Below are positions 19,187 through 29,492 of a stretch of 53,225 bases of DNA, piece by piece. Each line of letters starts with the position of its first letter. The stretch's first letter is position 1. Source of the DNA: a virus (lineage: Duplodnaviria > Caudoviricetes); IMG/VR virus record IMGVR_UViG_3300047157_000005, positions 1 to 53,225 of that record. One strand, given 5' to 3'. The notes beneath the pieces were generated by a model. It saw only the letters and a program-made list of their open reading frames with translations. It did no database searches and was not told where the DNA came from. Position numbers and translations under genes: made by a program.

Positions 19187-19582
19187 ATGAGTGACTTTTA
19201 CTATAATGATGGCGGACGTGTCGAATCAGGCCGAAGAGGTATAGCTGGTGATTGTGCAGTTCGCGCAATGGCTATAGCTTTAGAGCTAGACTACGATGCT
19301 TGCTATAAAGAAATAGCACAAGCCAATAAAGACAATGGACGCGCTAAGTCTGTTCGTCATGGCGTTATGAAAGACGTGTATGGCGCAGTTTTAAAGCGTC
19401 ATGGATGGGTCTGGCATTCAGCACCAAAATTTAAAGGCGTAAAAGCTCGCGCTGAAGATATGCCTGATGGTGTTGTTATTGCCAGACAAGCAAGGCACTT
19501 CGTTGCTGTTATTGATGGTGCTGTTCACGACATATGGAACTGCTCTCACAAAATGGTCTACGGCTATTGGGCTAAAGTATAA
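19187..19582 (+). CDS. Putative papain-fold (C39-like) cysteine peptidase
   Basis: Start moved to ATG 19187 (AAGGAG RBS); GDCAVRA...HFVAVIDG..HD gives Cys-His-Asp order. Confidence 0.55.
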   Translation: MSDFYYNDGGRVESGRRGIAGDCAVRAMAIALELDYDACYKEIAQANKDNGRAKSVRHGVMKDVYGAVLKRHGWVWHSAPKFKGVKARAEDMPDGVVIARQARHFVAVIDGAVHDIWNCSHKMVYGYWAKV

Positions 19583-19586
19583 TTAA

Positions 19587-19616
19587 TAAGCACTGTGACT
19601 TCGGTTGCAGTGCTTA
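19587..19616. terminator. Hairpin between convergent transcription units
   Basis: TAAGCACTGTGAC-TTCG-GTTGCAGTGCTTA, a cUUCGg tetraloop. Confidence 0.75.
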
Positions 19617-19626
19617 GATAATTAAA

Positions 19627-21894
19627 CTAATTTATCTGGTTTAACAAACTTGGGTCTGTAGTTTTGATAAGACTTTGCAATGCAGGTGATAACGATGCAT
19701 CAACTTCTTCTTCAACTACAGGCTCTCTAACTATTGTTTGACCAGTAACACTTAATAAAGGTTTATTTGATCTACTAATATATTGTTTAATTGCGCTTAA
19801 AGCATCACCAGTTTCTTGGCTTCTTTTTAATCCTTTAGAAATAACTTCAGCACCAACAACTGTGCCAACAACAGGTACTTTAGCCATATAATTAAATATT
19901 CCTGCCATTCTTCCTGCACTTAAAAGTGTGTAAGCTGTTCCAGGAGCATTAAGTTTTAAACTTGGGTCAGCCCACAATGTTGGCATAACATCATCACGAA
20001 ATGATTTTATTTTTGAAATTTCACTAGGACTAAATAACTCATTAATAAGATTTTTATTTTTCATAAAAACTTCATTGTAATTGTTTACAATATTTAACCT
20101 AGTGACATCTGACTTGCCATTACCAGCAAACGCCTTTTCAAGCACTCCATCTTTTATAAGATCAACAACTTCATCATATTTTTCTTGAGGAAGATTAGCT
20201 TTATAATTTTTTAAAATCTTAGTCATTTCTTTTGATGGGTTAAATTTTGCATGACCAAATAAAGCATTAACAAAAGAACTAGGATCGTAGTCTGGATTTG
20301 TTATCATTTTAAGAATGTTATTAGATGCGTTATTATCTTTATTTTTAGCTTTACCAGTTAATCCAATGTATTTTTTGTAAGCCTCTTTAGATTCAAATAA
20401 AGTATCAATTATTTCTTTATTGCCAGTTATAAAGCCTTGCTCAATTCCATTAAATACTGTGTCATCTACCACTGACTTCATTTGACCAAATGCCATTTTT
20501 TCAGTATCTGTAGCGGCGTCTCTCATTAATCTATTTATAGTTTTTTGGTAACCTGAAATAAGTTTAAATGGAGATCCTTTAAATCTAGGGTTTGCACTCA
20601 TTTTTTGAAGTTTTTTAAGATATTTAATTTCTCTTGATAGCTGTGGAAAATCTGCAAGTTCTCTCGTAGAAAGTTGAAGCTCATCAATAGTAGATAGCAT
20701 TCTGTTTACTGTCTCGTTCATACCTTTTGCAGTTAAAATTGGTTGATCTACAGCTTCCTTAACTGCTTCATAACCAGAAGAAGATGTACTTTTTAGTTTA
20801 TCTGCCTCTCCAGTAACAATATTTTGGACACCTGTCGCTGATTCATATGGAACAAGATCAGAATCTAATGACCCTACATTACCAGATCCAAACTCATCTC
20901 TAAGAGCTTTAGCTTCAAGTCTTATTTCTTGTAGTTGCCTATCATCAAAAGCCTTAATTGTTTCTCCACCGCCACCTTCAAGTTTAGAGTTTCTTAAAAT
21001 ATCTTCGGCAGTAATTGCATCAGATGCTTGCGTTTGCGCCGATCCACTTGCTTTTGTGTCATATGGAGCAGATGTCCTTTGACCTTGGGTTAGTGGAAAC
21101 CTAGAAGTGTTCATGATTTCAGGAGTCATTCTAGGGAACAAACTTTTAACAGCAGGTGGAACTGTTGATTTAACTCCACTTATTGCTTTTCTTGTTAGTC
21201 TAGCCGCTGGAGGAAGTAGAAGATCAGCCCCAACACCAATACCAGTTGATAAGGCAATGTCATCTCTAATGCTTTTGGGAGTAACTTCACCAGATTTTGT
21301 TTTTGCTGTTGCAACTTTGGGAGCCAATTGATTTTCTAAAACTTTACTTCCACCTTCAGTTGCTGAATATCCAAAAGCACCTCTACGAAGAACTTCCCAA
21401 ATAGTTTTACCTAAATTAGCAAATTTTGTTGCAGGAATAAATTTAACAATTTCACCAAGAGCAGTCGTTAAATCTGTGGCAGTAGCTCCAGGTTTGTTTA
21501 CATAGTATGGCTTTTTATTCCACATAATCATTGGAAGTCCAAATTTATCTACAAATGCTCCACCCCAACGTGGGTCATCTTTAAAAGATTTTTCCATTAT
21601 TTCTGTTTTAGCAAAGTCATCTCTTGCTGACATCATTTTTAAATTAGGAAGTAAACCTTCCCAAAAATCTGGACCTTCTTCAACACCCATTGTGGATGTC
21701 TCTGGTAAATCTGGAAATTCTATGTCCTGTCCTTCACCAGTTATGGCATCTTTAATTACTTTAGGGGCAGAGGATATTCTTTCAAAAAAAGAACGCTCTG
21801 CATTTTCTACATCTAATCCTACATCTGTCTTTGTTTTAGATGTACTTACTGTTCCAGCGTCATCTGGTAATTGAAAACCCATTATGAACCCCAC
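19627..21894 (-). CDS. Large putative DNA-ejection/internal virion protein
   Basis: 755 aa, helical; PLTQGQRT motif; last of three large genes after the tail genes, the typical podovirus ejection-protein position. Confidence 0.65.
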   Translation of the reverse strand: MGFIMGFQLPDDAGTVSTSKTKTDVGLDVENAERSFFERISSAPKVIKDAITGEGQDIEFPDLPETSTMGVEEGPDFWEGLLPNLKMMSARDDFAKTEIMEKSFKDDPRWGGAFVDKFGLPMIMWNKKPYYVNKPGATATDLTTALGEIVKFIPATKFANLGKTIWEVLRRGAFGYSATEGGSKVLENQLAPKVATAKTKSGEVTPKSIRDDIALSTGIGVGADLLLPPAARLTRKAISGVKSTVPPAVKSLFPRMTPEIMNTSRFPLTQGQRTSAPYDTKASGSAQTQASDAITAEDILRNSKLEGGGGETIKAFDDRQLQEIRLEAKALRDEFGSGNVGSLDSDLVPYESATGVQNIVTGEADKLKSTSSSGYEAVKEAVDQPILTAKGMNETVNRMLSTIDELQLSTRELADFPQLSREIKYLKKLQKMSANPRFKGSPFKLISGYQKTINRLMRDAATDTEKMAFGQMKSVVDDTVFNGIEQGFITGNKEIIDTLFESKEAYKKYIGLTGKAKNKDNNASNNILKMITNPDYDPSSFVNALFGHAKFNPSKEMTKILKNYKANLPQEKYDEVVDLIKDGVLEKAFAGNGKSDVTRLNIVNNYNEVFMKNKNLINELFSPSEISKIKSFRDDVMPTLWADPSLKLNAPGTAYTLLSAGRMAGIFNYMAKVPVVGTVVGAEVISKGLKRSQETGDALSAIKQYISRSNKPLLSVTGQTIVREPVVEEEVDASLSPALQSLIKTTDPSLLNQIN

Positions 21895-23663
21895 CCTTTA
21901 ATTACATATGAATCAGAAACATTAAACAGACCATTATTTATAATTACTGCTCCATCTTCTAAACTGTCATACCATTGTTGAAATTCTGCTTCAGCGTCTG
22001 GTCCTTCAGTAGACCCAGTATATTTTTCAAATATCCCTGAGTCTCCACTTTTTAATTGGTTGTTGATTTGGGTTAAATCTGAATATTGATTAGAAGTTAA
22101 AAGTTCTATTTCTTTTCTATTTAGTTCAATAGCATTTTCTGCCATCTTTTTAAACGCATACAAAGATATATAGTTTGCCTCTGGAGTATTACCTATAAAT
22201 AAAGCGGCTTTTTGGTAAGCTCTAAATTCCATATCTGAAGTAGAACCAGAACCAACAGGACGCATTTTTGGAGCCATAAAGTTTGATGTAGCTTGAAGCG
22301 TCAACATATTGTTTATTTCTGGATCGTTGATTCCAAATGCTTGACTAAAGATTTGTTTGAAAGGTAACATTTTTTCACTTAGCAATCCTGTAGTTACTTC
22401 TCCAGTTTTTAATAAAGCTAGAGCCTCATCTACTCTTGGCAACACCTCTCTTGCCTGAACATTGTATGTATCGGATGACTTAGCAAGAAGAGGTAGGCGT
22501 TTTTGAGTATACGTTGTAAAATATGGAACAATTGAAGAATCTGAACTAGATAATTGAAAGTTTATTAAATTTTCATCTTGGTAAACTGGATATAACTCCA
22601 TAAAAATACCATTTTTAATAATTGGTTTTCCAATTTGATCTTCATTTACTGCCGTTAACTCTTCAACAATTCTGTTAAAATTAGAATTTTCTTCAGAAAG
22701 GCCTTGATCTATAAGAAACGACTTTGCATCTTCCGCAGACATATATTCAACTAGTGTTCCTTTAGAAATAGTTTTGGTTGTAATTTTTCTTTGTGTTGAT
22801 TTTTTAGGAACTAAAAGACCTGCATTATTTACAGTTTCTACTTCTTGACCTGATAAAAGAGCGTTACCATCGTCATCTACATTAACTTTTCTATTAAGAA
22901 GAGTTTCTATTGCTAGAACATTTTCTCCTAATGGTTGGGATTCAGAATCTAAAATTCCAAAAGTAGAAAGTTTATTATCACTTTGATTTGCAATATAAGT
23001 AGCTTTTTTAACTCCTGCATTATATTCCTCTTCAGTTATTACTCCATTTTTAAAATCTTCAGCTAACTTTCCTAAAGGAGATAATGCTCCAGATTCACTA
23101 TCTGAAATATTAGTAGCTTTTGCAAATCCTGCATCAAACTGTTCTTCATTTATTACTCCATTTTTAAGATCTGAAGCTAACTTTCCTAAAGGAGATAATG
23201 CTCCAGATTTACTATCTGAAATATTAGTAGCTTTTGCAAATGCCGCGTCAAATTGTTCTTTAGTTATTCTTCCTGCTTTAAAATCTGCATTTAGTTTAGC
23301 AATAGTAGAAAGTGATGGGTCTTTACCCTTCAGTGCAGTTCCTAAACTTATAGTAGACTGCATTCTAGCTCGATCTGATTCTGCCTTTTCTTTCTTCTTG
23401 GCATTCAGGTAATCTAGTGGAGCTTGCATAGAACCAACGGCAGAACCTAATACAGTTGCACCAGGCTGTGATGCCTGACGACCCATCTCTGCAAAGAATT
23501 GGAATGCCGCTTCCCAAGGATCAGGCTCTGGAAGTTGTGGGTACAATTGATTGGCAATAGACATTGCTTGATTGGCAATATCTTGTGAGAAGAGGCCATT
23601 AAATGCTCCACCACTTAACTGATTTAAATCTGTACCAGATACACCTAGTTTTGTTTCAGCCAT
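21882..23663 (-). CDS. Putative ejection protein with internal repeats
   Basis: 593 aa; GSGSTSDME motif; three 38-aa repeats. Confidence 0.65.
   Translation of the reverse strand: MAETKLGVSGTDLNQLSGGAFNGLFSQDIANQAMSIANQLYPQLPEPDPWEAAFQFFAEMGRQASQPGATVLGSAVGSMQAPLDYLNAKKKEKAESDRARMQSTISLGTALKGKDPSLSTIAKLNADFKAGRITKEQFDAAFAKATNISDSKSGALSPLGKLASDLKNGVINEEQFDAGFAKATNISDSESGALSPLGKLAEDFKNGVITEEEYNAGVKKATYIANQSDNKLSTFGILDSESQPLGENVLAIETLLNRKVNVDDDGNALLSGQEVETVNNAGLLVPKKSTQRKITTKTISKGTLVEYMSAEDAKSFLIDQGLSEENSNFNRIVEELTAVNEDQIGKPIIKNGIFMELYPVYQDENLINFQLSSSDSSIVPYFTTYTQKRLPLLAKSSDTYNVQAREVLPRVDEALALLKTGEVTTGLLSEKMLPFKQIFSQAFGINDPEINNMLTLQATSNFMAPKMRPVGSGSTSDMEFRAYQKAALFIGNTPEANYISLYAFKKMAENAIELNRKEIELLTSNQYSDLTQINNQLKSGDSGIFEKYTGSTEGPDAEAEFQQWYDSLEDGAVIINNGLFNVSDSYVIKGWGS
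22990..23325 (-). repeat. Three tandem 114-bp (38-aa) coding repeats, SHOCT-like
   Basis: Unit SGALSPLGKLASDLKNGVINEEQFDAGFAKATNISDSE; near-identical DNA starting at ~23036 and ~23150. Confidence 0.85.
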
Positions 23664-23677
23664 ATCAATTACCTATT

Positions 23678-24940
23678 CTACGAGTTCATTATTTTATATG
23701 CGCTTGCCAAACCACCCATACCAGCTATTGCTTGTCCGTAAAGAGATGGGTTTGCACTCATCTGAGATCCTGAAGTATAACTACGATTAATTGTATTGTA
23801 TGGCGTTCCAGACAATGCACCTAATGTGAAGTTAAGCATTTCTTGTGGATACATTTTTTGGTCAAGATAATCAGCGTATGCCAAGTCAAGTGCCTGTTGA
23901 TCAAGTTGCCTACGAGCCTCACCTGTTGTAATTAACCCAGCCGCCGCTTGAGTTTGTAAGTCTTGCACTAGCGGAGCCATGTTTTGGTATGCGTTCATTT
24001 GCTGAATGCGTGACGCTTCATTTGTTTCATATGCATTTCTAGCGGCATCATCTGCACCAAAACGTGCCTGACGATCTATATCGTATTGACTACGCAACGC
24101 GGCGTCTGCACCAAATCTTGCTGATCTATCTTGCTCAAACTGACCACGCATTGCATTTTCAGCGTTAAATCTTGCGGCTCTGTCTTGCTCAAATCCAGAT
24201 CTCATTGTGTTTTCTGCGTTAAAGCGTGACGCTCTGTCAGTGTCATATCGACCTGCGGCAAATCCAAGACCTTCTCGTGCGGCTTGCGCTCGTAAGTCTC
24301 CTGCGGCTTGTGCGCCTTCTCCAGCAGTTGTAGCTTCCATAATACCTAAACGTGAACCAAAACCTCCACCACCTGTAGATGCTCTGGCTCTGGCTTCATT
24401 TTGTGCGCGTATTGTCTGTTCTTCTATTTCACGAACAGCAGGGTTCATGGCATCTTGATATATGTCCATGTAAGGCTGTGCAGACTCAAGACTAAATGGA
24501 TCTCCTAGTAATTCTTCTCGTGTCGCTCCTTGGTAGTCGCCCAAAAGATCTTCACGACTTGCACCTGAATAGCTTCCTAAAAGTTCCTCACGGCTTGCAC
24601 CTTTAAATGGGCTACCCAGTAATTCCTCTTGAGACATGGCGTCATAACCACGACCTAAAGTATCTGCTACTCCAGATGCCTTATTCATGAAAGGCATGTA
24701 GCTTTCAGCACCTTTTGTAAGTATATCAGCACCCATACGCTCTTCTTCAGTGCGTCGATCACCACCAAATGTTGCAGTTCTTGCGCCTTCGTATGTTGGG
24801 TAAGGTGAGTTTGCTAATTCTGCGGCACGCTCAAATGCTGTTCGACCTGCGGCGGCGACCCATGATGGTATCTCTGTACCTTCTACTGTCTCACTTGAGG
24901 ATGGTAACTCTGTGTATGATGGTGTGCAAAAACTGCCCAT
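23678..24940 (-). CDS. Putative DNA pilot/ejection protein
   Basis: QPYMDIYQ, GGGFGSR, QQALDLAYADY and a hydrophobic Gly-rich C-terminus; two repeat blocks. Confidence 0.7.
   Translation of the reverse strand: MGSFCTPSYTELPSSSETVEGTEIPSWVAAAGRTAFERAAELANSPYPTYEGARTATFGGDRRTEEERMGADILTKGAESYMPFMNKASGVADTLGRGYDAMSQEELLGSPFKGASREELLGSYSGASREDLLGDYQGATREELLGDPFSLESAQPYMDIYQDAMNPAVREIEEQTIRAQNEARARASTGGGGFGSRLGIMEATTAGEGAQAAGDLRAQAAREGLGFAAGRYDTDRASRFNAENTMRSGFEQDRAARFNAENAMRGQFEQDRSARFGADAALRSQYDIDRQARFGADDAARNAYETNEASRIQQMNAYQNMAPLVQDLQTQAAAGLITTGEARRQLDQQALDLAYADYLDQKMYPQEMLNFTLGALSGTPYNTINRSYTSGSQMSANPSLYGQAIAGMGGLASAYKIMNS
24020..24635 (-). repeat. Coding repeats: four [S/T][R/Q]E[E/D]LLG units and about five 18-aa FEQDRAARF-type units
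   Basis: Directly visible in the translation. Confidence 0.8.
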
Positions 24941-25378
24941 TTAAGCCTCCGTGTAAAGAGAGCCAACTTTAACCAAGCCTAACCTCTCATAAAATTTATC
25001 TTTGCGTTCACCATCTCCCGAATAGACATGGCCTAACTTTACTTTTACATTAGCGTCTTTACCAATTTTCATAAAGCCTTTAATTAATTTTACAGCTATC
25101 TGCGATTTTCTATGCTCCTTATACACAAAAAACCACATATCTGCTAGATATTTTTCAGTAGACCACCAGTCGGATGTATCAGCCCCACCAATTGATCCTG
25201 CAATCTTTCCATCAATCTCTGCGATTAACACTACACCTCTATGAATTGCTCTATTAATAGCAGATGTAAGTATTTCAGGATCAATAGGTGAAACAGTCTC
25301 AACAGTCTCTGAATGCATAACACTTAACATATTATACAAACCAGATATATCGAGAACTGTTGCACTTCTTATTATCAA
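24941..25378 (-). CDS. GNAT-fold protein in the virion module
   Basis: IRSATVLDI, FFVYKEHRKSQIA, KFYERLGL. Confidence 0.8.
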   Translation of the reverse strand: MIIRSATVLDISGLYNMLSVMHSETVETVSPIDPEILTSAINRAIHRGVVLIAEIDGKIAGSIGGADTSDWWSTEKYLADMWFFVYKEHRKSQIAVKLIKGFMKIGKDANVKVKLGHVYSGDGERKDKFYERLGLVKVGSLYTEA

Positions 25379-25797
25379 CCCATGCCACCTAATGCGCCCA
25401 TTTCTGGAGCCATTTGTGGTTCTGGAGCTTCTTGCATTTGCTCTTGAGGTTGGCCTAAGTTACGACCACCTTCTTCACCTTCAACAGCCGCAATAAGTTC
25501 AGCAAGCTCTGGAAGTAGCTTCATGAGGACTTGTGCAACGTCTGGGGTAATAACATCATCCAACATTGCCAACTCTTGATCAGACATAGCTGAGAGACGA
25601 GCTACAAGCATTGCACCAATATCTTCATCAGGCTTTAGCAAATTCTTCTTTGCTTGTGGTGGCAGATTTTGCATTGGCTTATCAGCGTTCATATTTGCGC
25701 CAGACATATCTGGCATAGGCATTGGTTCTCTAGCCATATTAGACCTCTTTCTGTTTATATAGAACTGACCAGTCTGTTTTTTTACAAAAGAAACCAA
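25375..25797 (-). CDS. Acidic hypothetical protein (likely start MAREP, ~25737)
   Basis: GAGG RBS before MAREP; ends EMGALGGMG. Confidence 0.65.
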   Translation of the reverse strand: MVSFVKKQTGQFYINRKRSNMAREPMPMPDMSGANMNADKPMQNLPPQAKKNLLKPDEDIGAMLVARLSAMSDQELAMLDDVITPDVAQVLMKLLPELAELIAAVEGEEGGRNLGQPQEQMQEAPEPQMAPEMGALGGMG

Positions 25798-27076
25798 TCG
25801 ACCAGCAAATCGGTTCTAAAATTTTACGATACACTCTACCAAGATAATCTGGTTTGTCACGATCTCCGTAAATGTAAGCGATTTCGTTTGCACGATGACC
25901 TGCAACATGCGTCCAGAAGTTAACTAAACGTCCTTTTCGCATTTGCTTAACCATCCACACAGCCCAGATATGATATCCGTTAACGTGCGTTGGTGTTAAG
26001 TAATCACGAGTAAAGCGATAATCTAATACAACTTGCTTGCGTGTCATGATACCTTGACGTTGTAATTCATTACAAATTACACGACCACCAAGCATACCAC
26101 CAATAAATCCACCAATAGGACCACCTATTGCTGTACCAACATAAGTACCTACACTTACTTTAGCCCCTGCCTTCGCAGACTCTTTTAGAGATGCGCCACC
26201 AATTAACATAGCCGCAGTTGTACTTAATCCAGCCCCAGCAGACCCATATAGATTTGCTCGACCTGCCGCAGTTGAACTAGAACCAAATGAACTTAACCTA
26301 TCGCCTACTCCAGAGAAGTAACTAGTGCTACCACCTTTTAGCATTGGTGCATTCGCTTTTGATCCACTCTCTACTGCATTTTTAGCACTATCCATAGTGA
26401 CTCTAGGTTTTTCATTTAAATTAGCTTTAAATGCTTCTTTTTGATCAAAAGTAGCTTTTGGGTTATCCTTTTTAAAATTAGCAAATTCTGCATTTTTAGT
26501 ATTAGGACTATATGCAACTTTAGCCGCAGAACGATCAGTCCCTTTTGGAGATCCAAATATATCCTTAAATTCAAATTCTGAACTAAAATCACTAATACCT
26601 TCGCCAAGACTTGCAAGATCAAATGATTCACCATCACCTATATTTGATGCAACTGACCTACCAATTTGACCACCAACCCCAGCCGCAAGTTGTGCGCCCA
26701 TAGCTAGAGCTTCTTGTTTTAGTGCTTCAGCAGGATCAACTCCATATTCTTCTTGGAACTCTTGTTTTAATTTATTAGCTTCTTCTTCGCTAATCATATC
26801 GTCTTTAGGGTCAAATGTTACACTGCCTGTCTCTTGTTGGCTAACCCATTGGAACATTGGCATGTATTTTGTGCCGTATACGTTCTGCATTATATCTAAA
26901 TCAAATGTAGGTGTATTAGATTTAAGCTGATAAGTCTTGGCAGTAAACGTCCCATCTTCGTTTTCGATAGCACCTTCTAGTGCTGGTGAGCTTGGAGATG
27001 TGTAATATTCGTTAGTCGGTAAAGCTCCGTAGCTTCCTGGTATTAAATTTGATTCTAAAACAATTGGACTTCTCAT
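25739..27076 (-). CDS. Putative internal virion protein
   Basis: Glycine zipper AIGGPIGGFIGG followed by a C-terminal RVICNEL...GYHIWA domain. Confidence 0.6.
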   Translation of the reverse strand: MRSPIVLESNLIPGSYGALPTNEYYTSPSSPALEGAIENEDGTFTAKTYQLKSNTPTFDLDIMQNVYGTKYMPMFQWVSQQETGSVTFDPKDDMISEEEANKLKQEFQEEYGVDPAEALKQEALAMGAQLAAGVGGQIGRSVASNIGDGESFDLASLGEGISDFSSEFEFKDIFGSPKGTDRSAAKVAYSPNTKNAEFANFKKDNPKATFDQKEAFKANLNEKPRVTMDSAKNAVESGSKANAPMLKGGSTSYFSGVGDRLSSFGSSSTAAGRANLYGSAGAGLSTTAAMLIGGASLKESAKAGAKVSVGTYVGTAIGGPIGGFIGGMLGGRVICNELQRQGIMTRKQVVLDYRFTRDYLTPTHVNGYHIWAVWMVKQMRKGRLVNFWTHVAGHRANEIAYIYGDRDKPDYLGRVYRKILEPICWSIGFFCKKTDWSVLYKQKEV

Positions 27077-27399
27077 TAATTTATCTCCAGTAAACTTGCC
27101 ACTACATGCAACCTATTGGCAGTCGCCGCCGTAACTTTTATAATTTCATCTTCTGTCAAAACAAGTGGCTGTGTTAAAAGCTCTACAGTACCATTAGCAC
27201 CAATTGCCTTAACTTTGAAGAGGCTAAATACATCAGCATCCGCATTTGTAATTGTGACTGTAATTGTATCTGCACTTCCACTGTCTTCAGAAACTAAAAT
27301 AGATTTTATTGTAGCAGTAGTAGCAGAAGGGCATGTATACAATACTGTCGCGTTAGTTGTCGTTAAATCTACTTTTGCATTTTTATAATTATTTGCCAT
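27076..27399 (-). CDS. Small beta-rich virion structural protein
   Basis: MANNYKN...LYTCP...LHVVASLLEI; position in the tail region. Confidence 0.65.
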   Translation of the reverse strand: MANNYKNAKVDLTTTNATVLYTCPSATTATIKSILVSEDSGSADTITVTITNADADVFSLFKVKAIGANGTVELLTQPLVLTEDEIIKVTAATANRLHVVASLLEIN

Positions 27400-27585
27400 T
27401 TATGATATAAACCACGCTGTTGCTTCGGCTTGATCTACAGCCACTTGAAGTCCAGTAGATGCCGCAAAAAAGGTAGCTTGCTTCTCAAGCTCAAGGGTAT
27501 TGGTCAATCTAGCCATATATCCTTGTTGATAATTTTCTGGTGGGCTTGGCAATCTTAAAACTGCAAGTGGTGATCCTTGTGTCAT
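27400..27585 (-). CDS. Small tail-associated protein
   Basis: LPSPPENYQQ...AWFIS; coupled to the tail stabilisation gene. Confidence 0.6.
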   Translation of the reverse strand: MTQGSPLAVLRLPSPPENYQQGYMARLTNTLELEKQATFFAASTGLQVAVDQAEATAWFIS

Positions 27586-29492
27586 CTCAATCCATCCTGA
27601 CGTGAATTAACTCTAAAATCTCCCAACGTCCAATCGTCTGTCGTGCCTGTGCTTTGGAACTTCAAAGATATCTGACGTCCTTTGGCGCGTGTGCTTACTT
27701 TTCCTGTGGAAGACGTAATCGTAAATGGTCCTTTTACAGTTTCAGGAGAGTTAGGATATTTTCTTGTATTCATATATAAAAATAAGTTTGTGCTAGAACT
27801 CATAGTAACATCTGGAACTACTTTATCCACCATATACAAATCTTCACCATTTTGTGTAATTTCACGCGGTGATCCTTCTATGTAGCTGTTCATTGCCGCG
27901 CCATTTGCGCTAGTGCCTGTCTCTTGGTTGTAAAGATACCCATCAGGGTCAAATGCAAATGGAACAGTTCGTGCGCCAAAGCTATCTGACCATACTGACC
28001 TATCCATAGTTCCAACAGTCCAAGCATTTTCTGCATAATTGTAAGTTACATAACTATCGTTTTCAGGGTTAGTTGTCTCTGTATTTTGATCACTTACATA
28101 GAACCAAGTAATCTCTTTAAATTCTTTGTTGTGTCCAGTGACAACTTTATCAATGTATCGTGTCTGCATACGATCAAATACAAAATGCTGAACAGGACAT
28201 GGTATTTCTTTTACAATACCATCATAAGTAAAGAAATTACGCTTACCCATCCAGAAGACATTTCCGTCAACAGATACCATTGTATTTAACCCAGCCGCTC
28301 CTGCGTTTGTCGCAAGTAACCTAAACGAGAATACAAAAGCACCACCAACAAATGTCATGCCATATATTGCCTCGTCAGTAGATATGATTGTCTCCTCACG
28401 AGCAGATACCATAGTTATAATTTTAGTTCCAACTTGAAGCCTCTGATCACCTGCGGTGTTTGTTGAAGTTGGATTCCAAACGCTAAAGTCTTCTTGTGTT
28501 GACCACCTGACCAACATATTATCTACATTTCCAGTGCCACCACCCACAACATAAGCCTGACATCCACCTGCTATAAAATGCCTATCTGGGAAACTAACAA
28601 CAGTAGTACGAGCCACATTAGGAACGCTATTGGCACTTGATAGTGATGATACAAGTACAGCACGATTAGTAACCCCTGCCGAAGTATCCCAATAATATAT
28701 TGCACCATTTCGAACTGTCGCAAGGACATCTTCACCCCAAAGATCTATACTCCAAGCACTATTATCTAAGCTAACACCAGCAAGCGCATCAGATCGCGGA
28801 GTACCCCACGCCTCTTGACCCCATCCACCAACGCCAAAACCAAGAGCTGGGTCAGAGCTTTGAGATCCAAGTTCAGCACCAATACCAATTAAATATTTTA
28901 CAGTAACAGTACCACCACCAGAAGCTACAGTAGAAGTCGCCGCACTTGGAGCAACAATACTGTAAGAATTTCCATTAATTCTAGTTATTTCATATCCGTA
29001 GTAACTGTTTAAATCATCTGCTGAAACACCACCAGTTGCTGATGCACCACTAATAACAACCCAATCGCCAGTTTCAGCCCCATGTGCATTATCTGTAATG
29101 ACTAAAGTCGTACTTCCATTTGTCGTGGCTATTGGGTTACTCAACCCAGTAGATGTCTTCCGCAAAGGCGTAATATCGTAAAGTGCGCCATTCTCAATAA
29201 TTAACAAGTGATTGTGAGTGCCGACAACAAGCCTATCTTCGCCATCAGTATTAGACCTCCAGTAAACCATGCGTCTGGCAATGCCTTCAATAGTAGTTTC
29301 AGTAGGCGTAATACTTCCAGAAGGATCTAGAGCAAAAATTGTATCTTTCTGCCATCCACCTATCTTTTCAGGATATCCATTTTTAAAACGAACTAAGTCA
29401 CTATCCACCCAGAAAGGCCCATTTTTGCCAGTAGCGTATTCTGTAACGTCTTTTACAATACCTGGGTTGTATTTTAAAAGTTGCAAAGGCAT
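27582..29492 (-). CDS. Tail stabilisation/tubular protein B (P22 gp10-like)
   Basis: VRFKNGYPEKIGGW, VRWSTQED, NTAGDQRL, RAKGRQISLKF, C-terminal DGLR. Confidence 0.75.
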   Translation of the reverse strand: MPLQLLKYNPGIVKDVTEYATGKNGPFWVDSDLVRFKNGYPEKIGGWQKDTIFALDPSGSITPTETTIEGIARRMVYWRSNTDGEDRLVVGTHNHLLIIENGALYDITPLRKTSTGLSNPIATTNGSTTLVITDNAHGAETGDWVVISGASATGGVSADDLNSYYGYEITRINGNSYSIVAPSAATSTVASGGGTVTVKYLIGIGAELGSQSSDPALGFGVGGWGQEAWGTPRSDALAGVSLDNSAWSIDLWGEDVLATVRNGAIYYWDTSAGVTNRAVLVSSLSSANSVPNVARTTVVSFPDRHFIAGGCQAYVVGGGTGNVDNMLVRWSTQEDFSVWNPTSTNTAGDQRLQVGTKIITMVSAREETIISTDEAIYGMTFVGGAFVFSFRLLATNAGAAGLNTMVSVDGNVFWMGKRNFFTYDGIVKEIPCPVQHFVFDRMQTRYIDKVVTGHNKEFKEITWFYVSDQNTETTNPENDSYVTYNYAENAWTVGTMDRSVWSDSFGARTVPFAFDPDGYLYNQETGTSANGAAMNSYIEGSPREITQNGEDLYMVDKVVPDVTMSSSTNLFLYMNTRKYPNSPETVKGPFTITSSTGKVSTRAKGRQISLKFQSTGTTDDWTLGDFRVNSRQDGLR

